Positions 29,932 to 39,249 of a stretch of DNA of 64,000 bases are shown piece after piece (within the stretch, counting starts at the first letter, position 1; each line of letters begins with the position of its first letter). The notes beneath the pieces were generated by a model. That model worked only from the letters and a program-made list of their open reading frames with translations. It did not search any database and had not been told where the DNA came from. The stretch is taken from NCBI GenBank assembly GCA_036229005.1, contig JAZAMN010000062.1:32001-96000 (forward strand), given 5' to 3'. The translations under genes and the position numbers were made by a program. The DNA comes from Myxococcota bacterium (lineage in GTDB: Bacteria > Myxococcota_A > UBA796 > CAJQPC01).

Positions 29932-31053
29932 TCAGAACTCCTGCTTGCGCCGCTCCGCCGCCAGCCGCTCCGCGTGGGCCAGCCGCCGCTGCCGAGCCCG
30001 GAAGGCCACCACGCCCATGGACAGCAGCCCCAGCCCCATCGCGCCCGAGAGCATCAGCCAGGTGCTGTCGCCGACGGGGGACGGCCGCCGCTCCTGCAGC
30101 CACTGCTCCGGCTCCTCCCGGCCCAGGCGCTCCAGGCGCCGCAGGGTGCGCTCCTCCCAGTCCCAGCGCTCAAGCTGGCGCAGGATGTCTTCAGGGTCGG
30201 CGCCGCGGCGGTCGCTGGTCTGCCGGCTGGGGAAGAAGTGGTTGTCGTTGTTCCAGGCGCGCAGAGGCAGGTCGCTGTCCAGCAGCGGGTCGTCGGCGGC
30301 GACCACGGCCTCCAGGACCATGCCCTTGTCCAGCCAGCCGTTCCAGCCCAGGTCGGTGCAGCCCCGGGTGCAGCCGCCGATGGTGCCGGTGCCGTCCACG
30401 TGCAGGAAGACCCGCCCCTCAGGGCCCTCGATGAGTGGGGAGCCGGCCGGGGGCTCCACGCTGCTCAGGTCTCCCACGGAGCGCAGCAGGGCGGTGCTGA
30501 GGTGACCGCCGGGGCCCTCCTGCTTGCGCCAGCGCATCAGGTAGGGCGTGTACCCCAGCTCCAACAGCAGCGCCGACATCAGGATGGCGGCGTCGTCGCA
30601 GTCGCCTTGCTCGTCGACCAGCATCTCCACGGCGTACTTGGGGTACTCCGTCCAGCCCGTCTCCGCGTCCAGGTGGTAGTCCAGGGACTGCGAGATGCCC
30701 TGGACGTACCCGACCTTGACGGCGTCGGAGGTGATGCCCTGCTCAGTGAAGAAGGCCTCCAGGGCGCGGGCCAGGGGCTCCAGGTCCTGCTGGGAGGTCG
30801 CGATGAGCTCACTGGCCTGCGCGTGGGGGCCATTGCGCCGGGCCACGTAGGCGTCCACGGACACGCCGATCTCCACCCAGGCCAGCTCCTGGCAGGAGAC
30901 CTGGTAGCTGGGGCAGAAGGGCCAGGACAGCACGTGCACGCTGGGGTCGATGCTCTCCACCTGCCCGTGGGGCTGGTCGTCGTGGAACACCGCCGCGCTG
31001 CGGATGGCCGTGGAGGCCTGCGCGCTCAGCAGGCCGGAGAGCAGCAGCCACAT
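29932..31053 (-). CDS. Exported transglutaminase-like Cys protease with C-terminal TM anchor
   Basis: Short signal, YPKYAVEML, GDCDD (Cys), GGHL (His), HVDGT (Asp), then TM and a basic tail. Confidence 0.75.
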   Translation of the reverse strand: MWLLLSGLLSAQASTAIRSAAVFHDDQPHGQVESIDPSVHVLSWPFCPSYQVSCQELAWVEIGVSVDAYVARRNGPHAQASELIATSQQDLEPLARALEAFFTEQGITSDAVKVGYVQGISQSLDYHLDAETGWTEYPKYAVEMLVDEQGDCDDAAILMSALLLELGYTPYLMRWRKQEGPGGHLSTALLRSVGDLSSVEPPAGSPLIEGPEGRVFLHVDGTGTIGGCTRGCTDLGWNGWLDKGMVLEAVVAADDPLLDSDLPLRAWNNDNHFFPSRQTSDRRGADPEDILRQLERWDWEERTLRRLERLGREEPEQWLQERRPSPVGDSTWLMLSGAMGLGLLSMGVVAFRARQRRLAHAERLAAERRKQEF

Positions 31054-31054
31054 C

Positions 31055-31972
31055 TCAGAACTCCTCGCGGGCGCGGTCCCGCTTTCGCTTGGCGAGCACC
31101 TGGGCGCCCCGGCTGCGGTTCCGGAGCACCAGCGCCCCCATCCCGAACAGCACGGAGCCCAGGCCGACGCTGCCCAGCCACCAGGCCGCGTTTCCTTGCT
31201 GGGGGACAGCCGCGGGGGCCACTCGGGGCCTTGGGGCCGGCGTCGTGGGCTCCGGAGGGGGCAAGGGCCGGGCCTCCGATGCGCCGCCCGGATCGAACCC
31301 CGGGGCCTTGGCCTGGGCGAGTGACCAGGAGGCCAGCTCCGATGCCGCCGCCTCGGGAGCCAGGTGGGCGTTGGGGTGCAGGGTGTAGAGCACGCCGCCG
31401 CCGGGCAGCCCGACAAGGACCGTGTCCGGTGGCGGGGTCCCGCCGCTGCGCAGCCCGAAGGCCACACCGGCGGTGGTCGTTGGGCAGGGGTAACGCACCA
31501 GCTCCGCCTCCAGGCCCAGCGCGTCCACCAAGGCCAGGCTCACCAGCGCGGCCGACAGGGTGTCCGCGGACTCCGGGTCCAGGAGGAGCTGCCAAGGCTG
31601 GAGCAGCTCGGGGCCCCGCGCCAGGGCGACCTCGTGTTCGAAGCTGCCGTTCTGCATCAGCCCGACCACCTGGGCGATCTGCAGCGGTGCGGTCTGGGCC
31701 GAGGGCAGCCCGGCTGCCCGGAGCGCGTCCAGCAGCCCCTCGATCTGCTCGGCCTGGAGCTGCTCTGAGGGGGAGGTGGCGGCGGGGGGCGCCTGGGTCC
31801 AGGAGATGGGGACCTGCACGTGCACGGTCCACGGGGTGGTGTCCGGCGGCAGGACGCGCGCGAGCTCCTCGACCTCGTGCTGGGGGACAGCGACCTCGCG
31901 GGCGGTGACGAGCCCCGGGTCCAAGCGCACAGAGAAGGCGGCGGAGGAGGTGGGGATCAGGGCCAGCAGCAT
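31055..31972 (-). CDS. Exported protein with C-terminal TM; probable inactive transglutaminase-like paralog
   Basis: Same layout as 29932-31053 and the same REEF/KQEF-type ending, but lacks the DC motif. Start is 31972 or 31984. Confidence 0.55.
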   Translation of the reverse strand: MLLALIPTSSAAFSVRLDPGLVTAREVAVPQHEVEELARVLPPDTTPWTVHVQVPISWTQAPPAATSPSEQLQAEQIEGLLDALRAAGLPSAQTAPLQIAQVVGLMQNGSFEHEVALARGPELLQPWQLLLDPESADTLSAALVSLALVDALGLEAELVRYPCPTTTAGVAFGLRSGGTPPPDTVLVGLPGGGVLYTLHPNAHLAPEAAASELASWSLAQAKAPGFDPGGASEARPLPPPEPTTPAPRPRVAPAAVPQQGNAAWWLGSVGLGSVLFGMGALVLRNRSRGAQVLAKRKRDRAREEF

Positions 31973-31984
31973 CGAGATCCCCAC

Positions 31985-32650
31985 CTAAAGACACGCCTCC
32001 ACCAGCATGCTGGCTTGCATCGCGTGGCGCAGGCGAGGTGCGTCGTCCGCCCCCTGCGGGAGATCGCTGGCGAAGGCCTCGGCCCAGCGCTCGATGGCGC
32101 CCAGGCGGTCGGCGGGGGACCAGGGCTGGGACCACCCGGCGGGCCCCACCGCGAGCTGCACGACGCTGCCCAGCAGACACGCCAGGTCCCACTGCTCGGG
32201 CTGCACCACCGTGGGGCGGGACACCGACCAGAGCCAGACGCGGTAGTCGAGCTGGCCGCTCTGGGCGGGGATGGGGCCGGCGCCGAAGGGGAAGAGGGTG
32301 CAGCGGTTCAGGCCGATGTCCACCAGGCCCAGGCGCTTGTAGAAGGTGAGGTTGCCGGGGTGGACGGCGCCGTGGTGGCGGCCGCTGGCGTGGAGGTCCT
32401 GGAGCAGCGGGTAGCTGAGCTGGAAGAGGTCGCGGGAGGCCTCCAGGCGCTGCTGATCGTCCAGGCCCTGCACGCGCTCCAGGGCGCTCTGGCCGCGCTG
32501 ACGGGGCCTCCGGAGCCGCAGCCCGCCGCGCTCGAAGGCGTAGTGCAGGATCTCCTTCTCCTGGTGCGCGGCCTCCGCCAGCGCCAGGCTCGCGCGGGTG
32601 CGCTCCACGCCGGGGAAGAAGCGCTCGATGATGGGGGGCGTGTCGGCCAA
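31985..32650 (-). CDS. Protein kinase-like (probable pseudokinase)
   Basis: LQDLHASGRHHGAVHPGNL and LVDIG mirror HRDxKPxN and DFG; WDLACL resembles subdomain IX. Confidence 0.6.
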   Translation of the reverse strand: MADTPPIIERFFPGVERTRASLALAEAAHQEKEILHYAFERGGLRLRRPRQRGQSALERVQGLDDQQRLEASRDLFQLSYPLLQDLHASGRHHGAVHPGNLTFYKRLGLVDIGLNRCTLFPFGAGPIPAQSGQLDYRVWLWSVSRPTVVQPEQWDLACLLGSVVQLAVGPAGWSQPWSPADRLGAIERWAEAFASDLPQGADDAPRLRHAMQASMLVEACL

Positions 32651-32686
32651 GGAGTCCTCGCTGGGGTGTTCAGGCGATCGCCGGGG

Positions 32687-33400
32687 TCACCTGGACCCGG
32701 CAGTCCGGATCTGGGGGAAGCTGGCCCGCAGGCCGCCGAAGATGGCCTCCTCGGCGTTGGCGGTGAGGTCCTGCTGCAGGGCGATGCCGCTCAGGCGCTG
32801 GTCGACCTCGACGCGGGCGCTGCTCATGGCCTGGACCTGGACGCGCCCGTGGTAGGCGGCGGTCAGGTAGTCGAAGACATGCAGGGTGGCGGCGTAGGCG
32901 CCGGGCTCGAAGGTCTCCTCGGCCTTGGCCTCGTGGGGGAAGGCGAAGGTGTCGACGGCCGCCACGATCACCACCTGGGCGGCGTCCAGGCTCCGCAGCA
33001 GGCTGTCCGCGCGGGCCTCCATGAAGAAGGGGGAGGTGGGCTGGCCGGCGCTGAGCTTGTGGAGCTGATCCAGGCGCGGATTGGTCTCCAGGACCAGGCT
33101 GATGGTGGGCTGCTTGCCGGAGTCCAGGCTGGGGTCCAGCAGGGCGCCGTCCGTCACGAGCAGGGCGCTCTCGCCGATGACGACCGTGCCGGCCAGGGGC
33201 TCGATGACCTGGGTGTCCTTCTGACCCTTCACGCCCGCGAAGGCGGTCTGCAGGGCCTTCCAACGCTCCAGGTGCGGACCCAGTTGGGCGCCGTGCTCCG
33301 CCTGCCACTGCTGCTCCCACGAGGGGGGCTTGGGGGCGGGCTCGGACTCCCCGCCGCAGGCGAGGCCCAGGGCGAGGGTGAACATCAGGGGCAGAGACAT
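32687..33400 (-). CDS. Hypothetical lipoprotein
   Basis: Lipobox LGLAC; starts 3 nt after the tubulin-like gene stop. Confidence 0.75.
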   Translation of the reverse strand: MSLPLMFTLALGLACGGESEPAPKPPSWEQQWQAEHGAQLGPHLERWKALQTAFAGVKGQKDTQVIEPLAGTVVIGESALLVTDGALLDPSLDSGKQPTISLVLETNPRLDQLHKLSAGQPTSPFFMEARADSLLRSLDAAQVVIVAAVDTFAFPHEAKAEETFEPGAYAATLHVFDYLTAAYHGRVQVQAMSSARVEVDQRLSGIALQQDLTANAEEAIFGGLRASFPQIRTAGSR

Positions 33401-33403
33401 GGC

Positions 33404-36400
33404 TCAGTCCAACGGAGGGGGCTCGTCGTCGTCCAGGGGCGGCGGCTCGTCGTCCAGAGGCGGGGGGCCCATGCGCTCGGCGATCTCGGGGACCTCGGCG
33501 GCGAGCTTCCAGGCGCGGCCGAACTCCCGGGTCCAGACCTTGTGCACGGAGTCGGGGGAGGAGGAGGCGGCGTCCGCGATGAACTGTGCCGTCTGCACCC
33601 CCTTGCGCTCTCCGTCGCACGCATAGTGGAAGGAGCTCCCGGCATCGACGAGGTCAGGCTGGCCCCCATCATCGGGGGGCGGCCCGGCGCTCAAGGCCTG
33701 CTTGACGGCGGAGAGCTCGGCGGCGTCCTTCCACCCGGACCAGCCGGTGGCGAACACGCGGTGGCGCGCGCTGGGGGCGGCGACCACGCGCTCGGCGATC
33801 TGCTCGGCGCTCAGGCCCTGCTCCTTGCCCTGGGGGCCGGCGTACCAGTAGGTGGTGGCCGACTCCTCGAACTCGGGCAGGTCGTGGGGGGGCTTGAAGG
33901 CGCCCCAGTTCAGCGCCAGGCGGGGGAACTGCAGGGCCAGGCGGCCCATCTCGTCGCGGGACTGCCGCAGGGCGCCCATGCGGGTCATGCGGTCGATCTG
34001 CTCGCGCACCTGGGGGAGCAGGCCCCACTCGTCCACGCGCAGCTCGTCGGGGACGTCCGCGCTGCCCGGCACGGGGAGGCCAGGGGACTTGTAGATGGGC
34101 TGGGTCCACTCGCTCAGGCTGCCCATGCGCTGGATGCGGCGGGCGATGAGCTGCTCGGGAGCGATACCGGCGGCCAAGGCCATCTGGATCCACTCCTTGC
34201 GGATCTCGGAGACGGCGAGGTTCTCCAGGGAGCCGCGGGCCTGGACCACGCTGGCGCCGGACTGCTCGGTGACGTTGACCACCGGGTAGACGCAGTAGAG
34301 CCAGTAGTCGGCCAGACAGACCAGGTCGCCGTAGTCGCCGCCGGCGTCCATGAGGTCCTGGATGCGGCGCTCGATGTCGGCGGTGAGCTGCTGCACGAAG
34401 CCGCGGTCGGCGGACAGGTTGCGCAGGACGGTGGCCTCGACGCCCAGCTCCTCCCAGGCCACGTCCAGGGCGGTGGAGCGGCGGCGGCGGGTGAAGGAGA
34501 CGCGCTCGTCGTCACCGTGGCGGCGACGGCGGCTGCAGATCAGCCCCAGCATCTGGGCCTGGGTGAAGAGCTTCCACGCGCGCTCGGTCCAGCGCACCTC
34601 CTGCTCCTCCAGCGGGACCATGTCCTGGAAGGTGTGGAAGTCCGTGTGGATGTGCAGCGCGGCCGGCCGGACGGGGTCGTAGAGCATGCGCTCGTAGTGA
34701 GCCTCCATGCCTCCGGCGCCGTGTACTTCGCCGATGTAGTAGGCCGCGAAGGCCGACCACTCGGTGAAGAAGACCAGCTCGCTGGGGTCGTTGGTGCCCA
34801 CCTTCTGCGGACGGAAGGGCAGCTTGTGGGGCTGGCAGGCCTTGAAGGCCGAGAAGAGCTGGTCCACGAAGCGGCCTTCCAGGGTGGACAGCCCCAGGAA
34901 GGCGTCCGCGACGGGCTCCAGGGTGGCGCCGCCGGTGGGGTCCTTGGGCGTGGGCTCGATCCAAGGCAGGCCCTTGTCGTAGAGCTGCTTGAGCAGGACC
35001 TGGACCTCGGACCAGGGCATCTGCTCCAGGGCGGCGAGCAGGCTGTAGCGATGCAGGAAGCCGGGCTGGGGCTCACTGTCCTCGCCGACGAACGCAGCCG
35101 TCCTCCCGGTCTCGTCTCCCTTGAGGGCGAAGAAGGATTCGGCCGCGAGCTGGTCACGGAATCGATCCCGCTCTCCCCCCAGGCGGGCCTCGAGATCGCT
35201 GAGGGTGTCGATGCCCATGCGACGGAGGGCCCCGGCCAGCAGCTTCTCCAGGCGCTCCCGGCGCTGCCCCGCGTCGGCCCCCAGGTAGGGCTCCAGCAGG
35301 CCCTGCAGGCTGTCCTGCAGCGGGACCTCGATGAACAGCGTGGAGGGGACGGGGTCCGCGAAGTGGTCGCGGAAGTTGGCGTACCAGCCCTCCAGCTCCT
35401 GCATGTGGGCCACGATGCCGTCGATGCGGGTGAGCTGCTCGCGGATCAGCTTGCGCACGCCCTCCAGCGCGTCCACGCCCTCCGCGCAGATGTACTCTGT
35501 GACGCGGGCGCGCCAGTGGCGGACGAAGGCCTCCGACGCCATCTCCAGGGCGGCGTGGTGGTTGTCGGCGCTGGGCAGCAGCCCCTTGGAGGCCTGGTGG
35601 GTGTTGCGCAGCAGGCGCTCCCACTCGGTCTTGGCCTCTTCGGCCTCGCGCTGCTTCTCGGTGCGCATGTGGCGCAGCCAGTCGATGAACAGGGCCTTGT
35701 CCCAGGGCCGCTCCAGCTCCTCCAGGATGGACTGGAGGATCTCGCGGACGCCGGTGATCCCGACTCCTCGCCGGCGCCTGAAGGTCTCCACGACATCGGG
35801 GAGCCGGCCCCGGACAGCGCGGAGGTAGGCCTCCCGGTTCTTGGTGATCTGCAGCGCCCAGTCACCCTCGTTCCCGGCGGAGTATGGGTCGCCGAAGAGC
35901 TTGCGGACGTGGCGGAAGTGCTCCTTGGCGAGCTCCTCGGTGCTCTTCTCGTGGAACATCTCCTCCGACAGGGAGACCAGCTCGTCGCCCAGCTCCTGGA
36001 TGTGCTCGAAGATGGTGCTGGCGCTGGTGCGCGTGCCCTTCTGCTGGGCCAGGGCGTCGCGGACCTGGTAGACGCGGCTGCGGGAGCCGTCCTCGTCCAC
36101 CAGGGTGCCCTGGTAGAAGCCGCACTCGACCATGAAGCGGGTGCGCCAGCCGGTGAGCACGTCGCCGAGCTGCCCGCCGTGGCCGGGGTCCAGCAGGCGC
36201 ACCATCTCGGCGGCCAGGTCGAACTTGGCGTAGTTCAGAAGGCGCCAGGAGGGGTAGACCAGCTTGGAGAGGCCGAAGCTGACGAACGCGGTCTGGTACT
36301 GCTCGGCGTGGGTCTCGCGGGGCTTGCCGTCGGCGCCCTCGACCACGTAGTCGTAGCCGACGAAGGAGCTCAGGTACTGCTCGCGGTTGACGCGCACGCC

Positions 36401-37366
36401 CTCGACCCAGGACTTCATGCGGCCGCCGGCGAAGTCCAGGAAGAGCTGCTCGCCGATCACGCGGTAGGCGTCGGCGGGGTCGGCCATGGACTCGGCCAGG
36501 GCGTTGGTCCCGGAGAGCAGCACGTAGCGGTTGTAGAGGGGGGCGGCGTCGGCGCGGGCCTGGTGGTCCCACTGCACCTGAAAGCGGTGGCTCAGGTAGT
36601 GGTTGATCTCGCGCAGGGCGGCGTAGCCGTTGGCGGCCAGCTTGGGGAACTTGGTGTCCGCGCCCTTGTAGACGCCGGGGAGCACGAAGATGCCCTCCAG
36701 GTCGAACTCGCGGCCGGCGAAGCTCGCGCGGATCAGGGCGGCCAGGTCCAGGAACATGCCCGAGCCGGTGCCGCCGGCCAGACCGGCCACGACGACCACG
36801 CGCACCTTGCCCTTCTGGAGGCGCCCGTCGTCCAGGTTCTGGGCGGTGATCTCGGACCAGCAGCGCTCCAGGGCGGACTGGATCAGCGCCCGGTTCTGGA
36901 AGAAGACCAGCCGCGAGAGGGGGCGGATCTGGCCCGCGCCCTTGGACAGGTCGAAGTTCCGGGAGCTGTCCAGCGCGGTGTCGTCCCACCACTCCTTGAT
37001 GTGGGGGTGCCGCGCCATGTTGTGGAGCACCACGTTGAGGTCGGCGCTCAGGTTGATGCGCTGGGTCTCGTCGAAGGAGACCAGGTCCTCGTAGGGGGAC
37101 TGCTCGCTGGTGGCCTCGGGCCGGGCGGACTGCAGATCGGTGTCCAGGCTCAGGTAGGCCACGCCGGGTAGATCCACCCGGCCAAAGCGCTGCACCTTCA
37201 TCTCGCGCAGGTGCTGCAGAGCCTTGGCGCCGGTGCCTCCCAGGCCGATCAGCAGGGTGCGGGGGTAGCGGCCGTGCTCGGCGGACTCGACGTAGCGCTG
37301 CAGCGCGTCGCGGTCCTCGGCGTCGTTGAAGCGGGAGAGCTTGCCCCCGGTGCGGTACTGGCTCAT
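33404..37366 (-). CDS. Tubulin/FtsZ-like GTPase domain protein (Tubulin_2/FtsZl1 type) with two C-terminal GYF_2-like domains
   Basis: IGLGGTG, LDTD, GAGQIR, AGLAGGTGSG and NGYAALREI. C-terminal W-containing repeats followed by PPP; GGAGG RBS. Confidence 0.88.
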   Translation of the reverse strand: MSQYRTGGKLSRFNDAEDRDALQRYVESAEHGRYPRTLLIGLGGTGAKALQHLREMKVQRFGRVDLPGVAYLSLDTDLQSARPEATSEQSPYEDLVSFDETQRINLSADLNVVLHNMARHPHIKEWWDDTALDSSRNFDLSKGAGQIRPLSRLVFFQNRALIQSALERCWSEITAQNLDDGRLQKGKVRVVVVAGLAGGTGSGMFLDLAALIRASFAGREFDLEGIFVLPGVYKGADTKFPKLAANGYAALREINHYLSHRFQVQWDHQARADAAPLYNRYVLLSGTNALAESMADPADAYRVIGEQLFLDFAGGRMKSWVEGVRVNREQYLSSFVGYDYVVEGADGKPRETHAEQYQTAFVSFGLSKLVYPSWRLLNYAKFDLAAEMVRLLDPGHGGQLGDVLTGWRTRFMVECGFYQGTLVDEDGSRSRVYQVRDALAQQKGTRTSASTIFEHIQELGDELVSLSEEMFHEKSTEELAKEHFRHVRKLFGDPYSAGNEGDWALQITKNREAYLRAVRGRLPDVVETFRRRRGVGITGVREILQSILEELERPWDKALFIDWLRHMRTEKQREAEEAKTEWERLLRNTHQASKGLLPSADNHHAALEMASEAFVRHWRARVTEYICAEGVDALEGVRKLIREQLTRIDGIVAHMQELEGWYANFRDHFADPVPSTLFIEVPLQDSLQGLLEPYLGADAGQRRERLEKLLAGALRRMGIDTLSDLEARLGGERDRFRDQLAAESFFALKGDETGRTAAFVGEDSEPQPGFLHRYSLLAALEQMPWSEVQVLLKQLYDKGLPWIEPTPKDPTGGATLEPVADAFLGLSTLEGRFVDQLFSAFKACQPHKLPFRPQKVGTNDPSELVFFTEWSAFAAYYIGEVHGAGGMEAHYERMLYDPVRPAALHIHTDFHTFQDMVPLEEQEVRWTERAWKLFTQAQMLGLICSRRRRHGDDERVSFTRRRRSTALDVAWEELGVEATVLRNLSADRGFVQQLTADIERRIQDLMDAGGDYGDLVCLADYWLYCVYPVVNVTEQSGASVVQARGSLENLAVSEIRKEWIQMALAAGIAPEQLIARRIQRMGSLSEWTQPIYKSPGLPVPGSADVPDELRVDEWGLLPQVREQIDRMTRMGALRQSRDEMGRLALQFPRLALNWGAFKPPHDLPEFEESATTYWYAGPQGKEQGLSAEQIAERVVAAPSARHRVFATGWSGWKDAAELSAVKQALSAGPPPDDGGQPDLVDAGSSFHYACDGERKGVQTAQFIADAASSSPDSVHKVWTREFGRAWKLAAEVPEIAERMGPPPLDDEPPPLDDDEPPPLD
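33407..33470 (-). repeat. Coding tandem repeat PPPLDD(D)E x3 at the C-terminus
   Basis: Translation ends GPPPLDDEPPPLDDDEPPPLD*. Confidence 0.85.
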
Positions 37367-37388
37367 GCGAGCCTCCTGTGGGGGCGGT

Positions 37389-37760
37389 TCAGTTGCGGAC
37401 GGCGACGAGGGCGTAGATGCCGTGGATCAGCCACAGCGCGCCGACCACGCCCACCCAGATCAGCAGCTTGCCGGGGAAGCAGTTGGTCACCGCAAAGGTC
37501 ATCCCCACCAGCCCCAGGTTGGCCAGCAGGATGGCCAGGGAGATGCCCGTGTGGCGCGCGCTCAGGGGGGAGCGCCCCTTGTTGATGGCGGCGCGCTCGA
37601 TGATCCGGGGCAGCAGGAAGAGGGCGACCACCCCCACGAACAGCGTCCCGATGCCGATGAAGATCTGCTGGGCCTGGTTGGGAGGACAGCAGGCGCCCTC
37701 CTCGCAGGCGGCCTCGGTGGCCTCTTGGGCCCAGGCCGGGAGGGAGAAGAAGAGGTGCAT
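37389..37760 (-). CDS. Small membrane protein (about 3 TM) preceding the tubulin-like gene
   Basis: AAGGAG upstream of ATG 37760; hydrophobic helices; 22 nt from the next start. Confidence 0.7.
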   Translation of the reverse strand: MHLFFSLPAWAQEATEAACEEGACCPPNQAQQIFIGIGTLFVGVVALFLLPRIIERAAINKGRSPLSARHTGISLAILLANLGLVGMTFAVTNCFPGKLLIWVGVVGALWLIHGIYALVAVRN

Positions 37761-37974
37761 GGGGTGCAAGGGGCTCCTTGAGGGAGGGGAGAATAGCAAC
37801 GGGGTGTCTTCGAGCTCTCGGGCCCACCGTCTCCACCCCTGGGTACGCGCCCCCGCCCGACGCTATTCGGCCCCAGCGAGGTGCGGCTGGGTGCGAGCCC
37901 CGTCACACATCCTCTTCCCTGGGCGTAGCGCTTGAGTGATACCGTTGTCTGGACCTTTTGAGTTGGAGGGGGAG

Positions 37975-38592
37975 ATGTTCGCGATTCTCATGCTGGTGGC
38001 CTGTGGCGACCAACCGGTTTGCAGCTACGACGTGCAGGACATCGCGGCCGACGAGCAGACGGAGTTCGGCGCGCCCCAGGAGCTGGTGGACGCCCTCAGC
38101 GCCACGGAGCTGGAGGGCCGCTGGGCCAACGGGGACCCCGTGGGGGTGACCCTCTCGGTGACCCTGGGCCAAGACAGCGCGGAGCTGTGGACCTTGGAGA
38201 CCGGGCCCAACACGGGCTGGCGCTACATCGACCCCTGGTCACAGGACATCCAGATCACCTGTGTGGAATTCCAGAAGGTGCCCGCTCAGGTGGAGATCAG
38301 CACAGACGACGGCGCCGTCAGTGAGCGCTTTGACGTCGTCCTGAACTTCAACGGCTACGGGGGGAGCGCCGCCGCCTCGGTCCCCCTGGGCACCCGGCGC
38401 TGGGACCTGATGCGGGAGGACCCCGCGCAGTGGGACACCACCACCCTGCGGCTGAGCCTGGACCGCCTGGAGGCCCCGGTCTCCGGGAGGCTCGACTGGA
38501 GCGGCCAGGGCGGACCCGAGGACTACGGCGAGCGCCTGCTGAACTTCGATGAGATCTCCGCGGACACCGGCGACACCGGCGGTGGAGAGTGA
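37975..38592 (+). CDS. Hypothetical lipoprotein (tandem family B, copy 1)
   Basis: GGAGG RBS; MFAILMLVAC; DEQTEFGAPQEL...GRWANG. Confidence 0.75.
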   Translation: MFAILMLVACGDQPVCSYDVQDIAADEQTEFGAPQELVDALSATELEGRWANGDPVGVTLSVTLGQDSAELWTLETGPNTGWRYIDPWSQDIQITCVEFQKVPAQVEISTDDGAVSERFDVVLNFNGYGGSAAASVPLGTRRWDLMREDPAQWDTTTLRLSLDRLEAPVSGRLDWSGQGGPEDYGERLLNFDEISADTGDTGGGE

Positions 38593-39239
38593 CCCCGATG
38601 CTGTTGCTCGCGCTGAGCGGCTGCGCAGAGCACCGCACCCACAGCAAGCGCTGCGTCTACGAGCCCATCGAGATCCCCGACGATGAGCCCACCGAGCTGG
38701 GCACCGCCCAAGAGCTGCTGGCCGCCTTCGAGGGCTACTTCGGCGCGGAGGGCACCTGGGCGGACGGCGAGATCACCGGGGTCGAGCTCGAGGTCCGCCG
38801 GGCCAGCGGGGCTGCGGTCCTGGTCCAGGCCGAGCTGGTGGAGGAGGTCAGCGTCAACGGTCGGGGCGTGCGCGAGCAGGACTACTACCCCATGGTCAAC
38901 GTCCTCTGCAGCAGCCGCCTGGAGGTCCCGGTCAATCTGGCCCTGCGCAGCGACGACGGGCGCCTGGACGTGGTGCTCGGCGCCCAAGCGCAGAGCCTGC
39001 CGGGGGCCGAGGACCCCGAGCGTCGGATCTGGGCCAACCTGCCCCTGGGGGACGTGGACCTCCCCGCCACCACGCAGGACCCCGCCGACTGGGACGTGCC
39101 CCGGTTGATATCCAGCCTTGAGCTTCACGAAGGCCTGATCGACAATGGCCGCGTGGCCTGGGAGGCCCAGCAGGACGGGGAGGCGGTCTCCGAGACAGTC
39201 CTGGAGTTTGAGCAGCAGGCGGCCGACACCGGGCACTGA
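38589..39239 (+). CDS. Hypothetical lipoprotein (family B, copy 2)
   Basis: LSGC lipobox; DEPTELGTAQEL...GTWADG; GTGA overlap. Confidence 0.75.
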   Translation: MTPMLLLALSGCAEHRTHSKRCVYEPIEIPDDEPTELGTAQELLAAFEGYFGAEGTWADGEITGVELEVRRASGAAVLVQAELVEEVSVNGRGVREQDYYPMVNVLCSSRLEVPVNLALRSDDGRLDVVLGAQAQSLPGAEDPERRIWANLPLGDVDLPATTQDPADWDVPRLISSLELHEGLIDNGRVAWEAQQDGEAVSETVLEFEQQAADTGH

Positions 39240-39249
39240 GGGAGGACGG

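Noticed and set aside
28744..31908. 1054-aa plus-strand ORF
   Set aside because: Overlaps several well-supported minus-strand genes; low-complexity Arg/Pro/Ala translation.
31820..37171. 1783-aa plus-strand ORF
   Set aside because: Antisense shadow of the tubulin-like operon; high GC3 suppresses stops, and it has no motifs.
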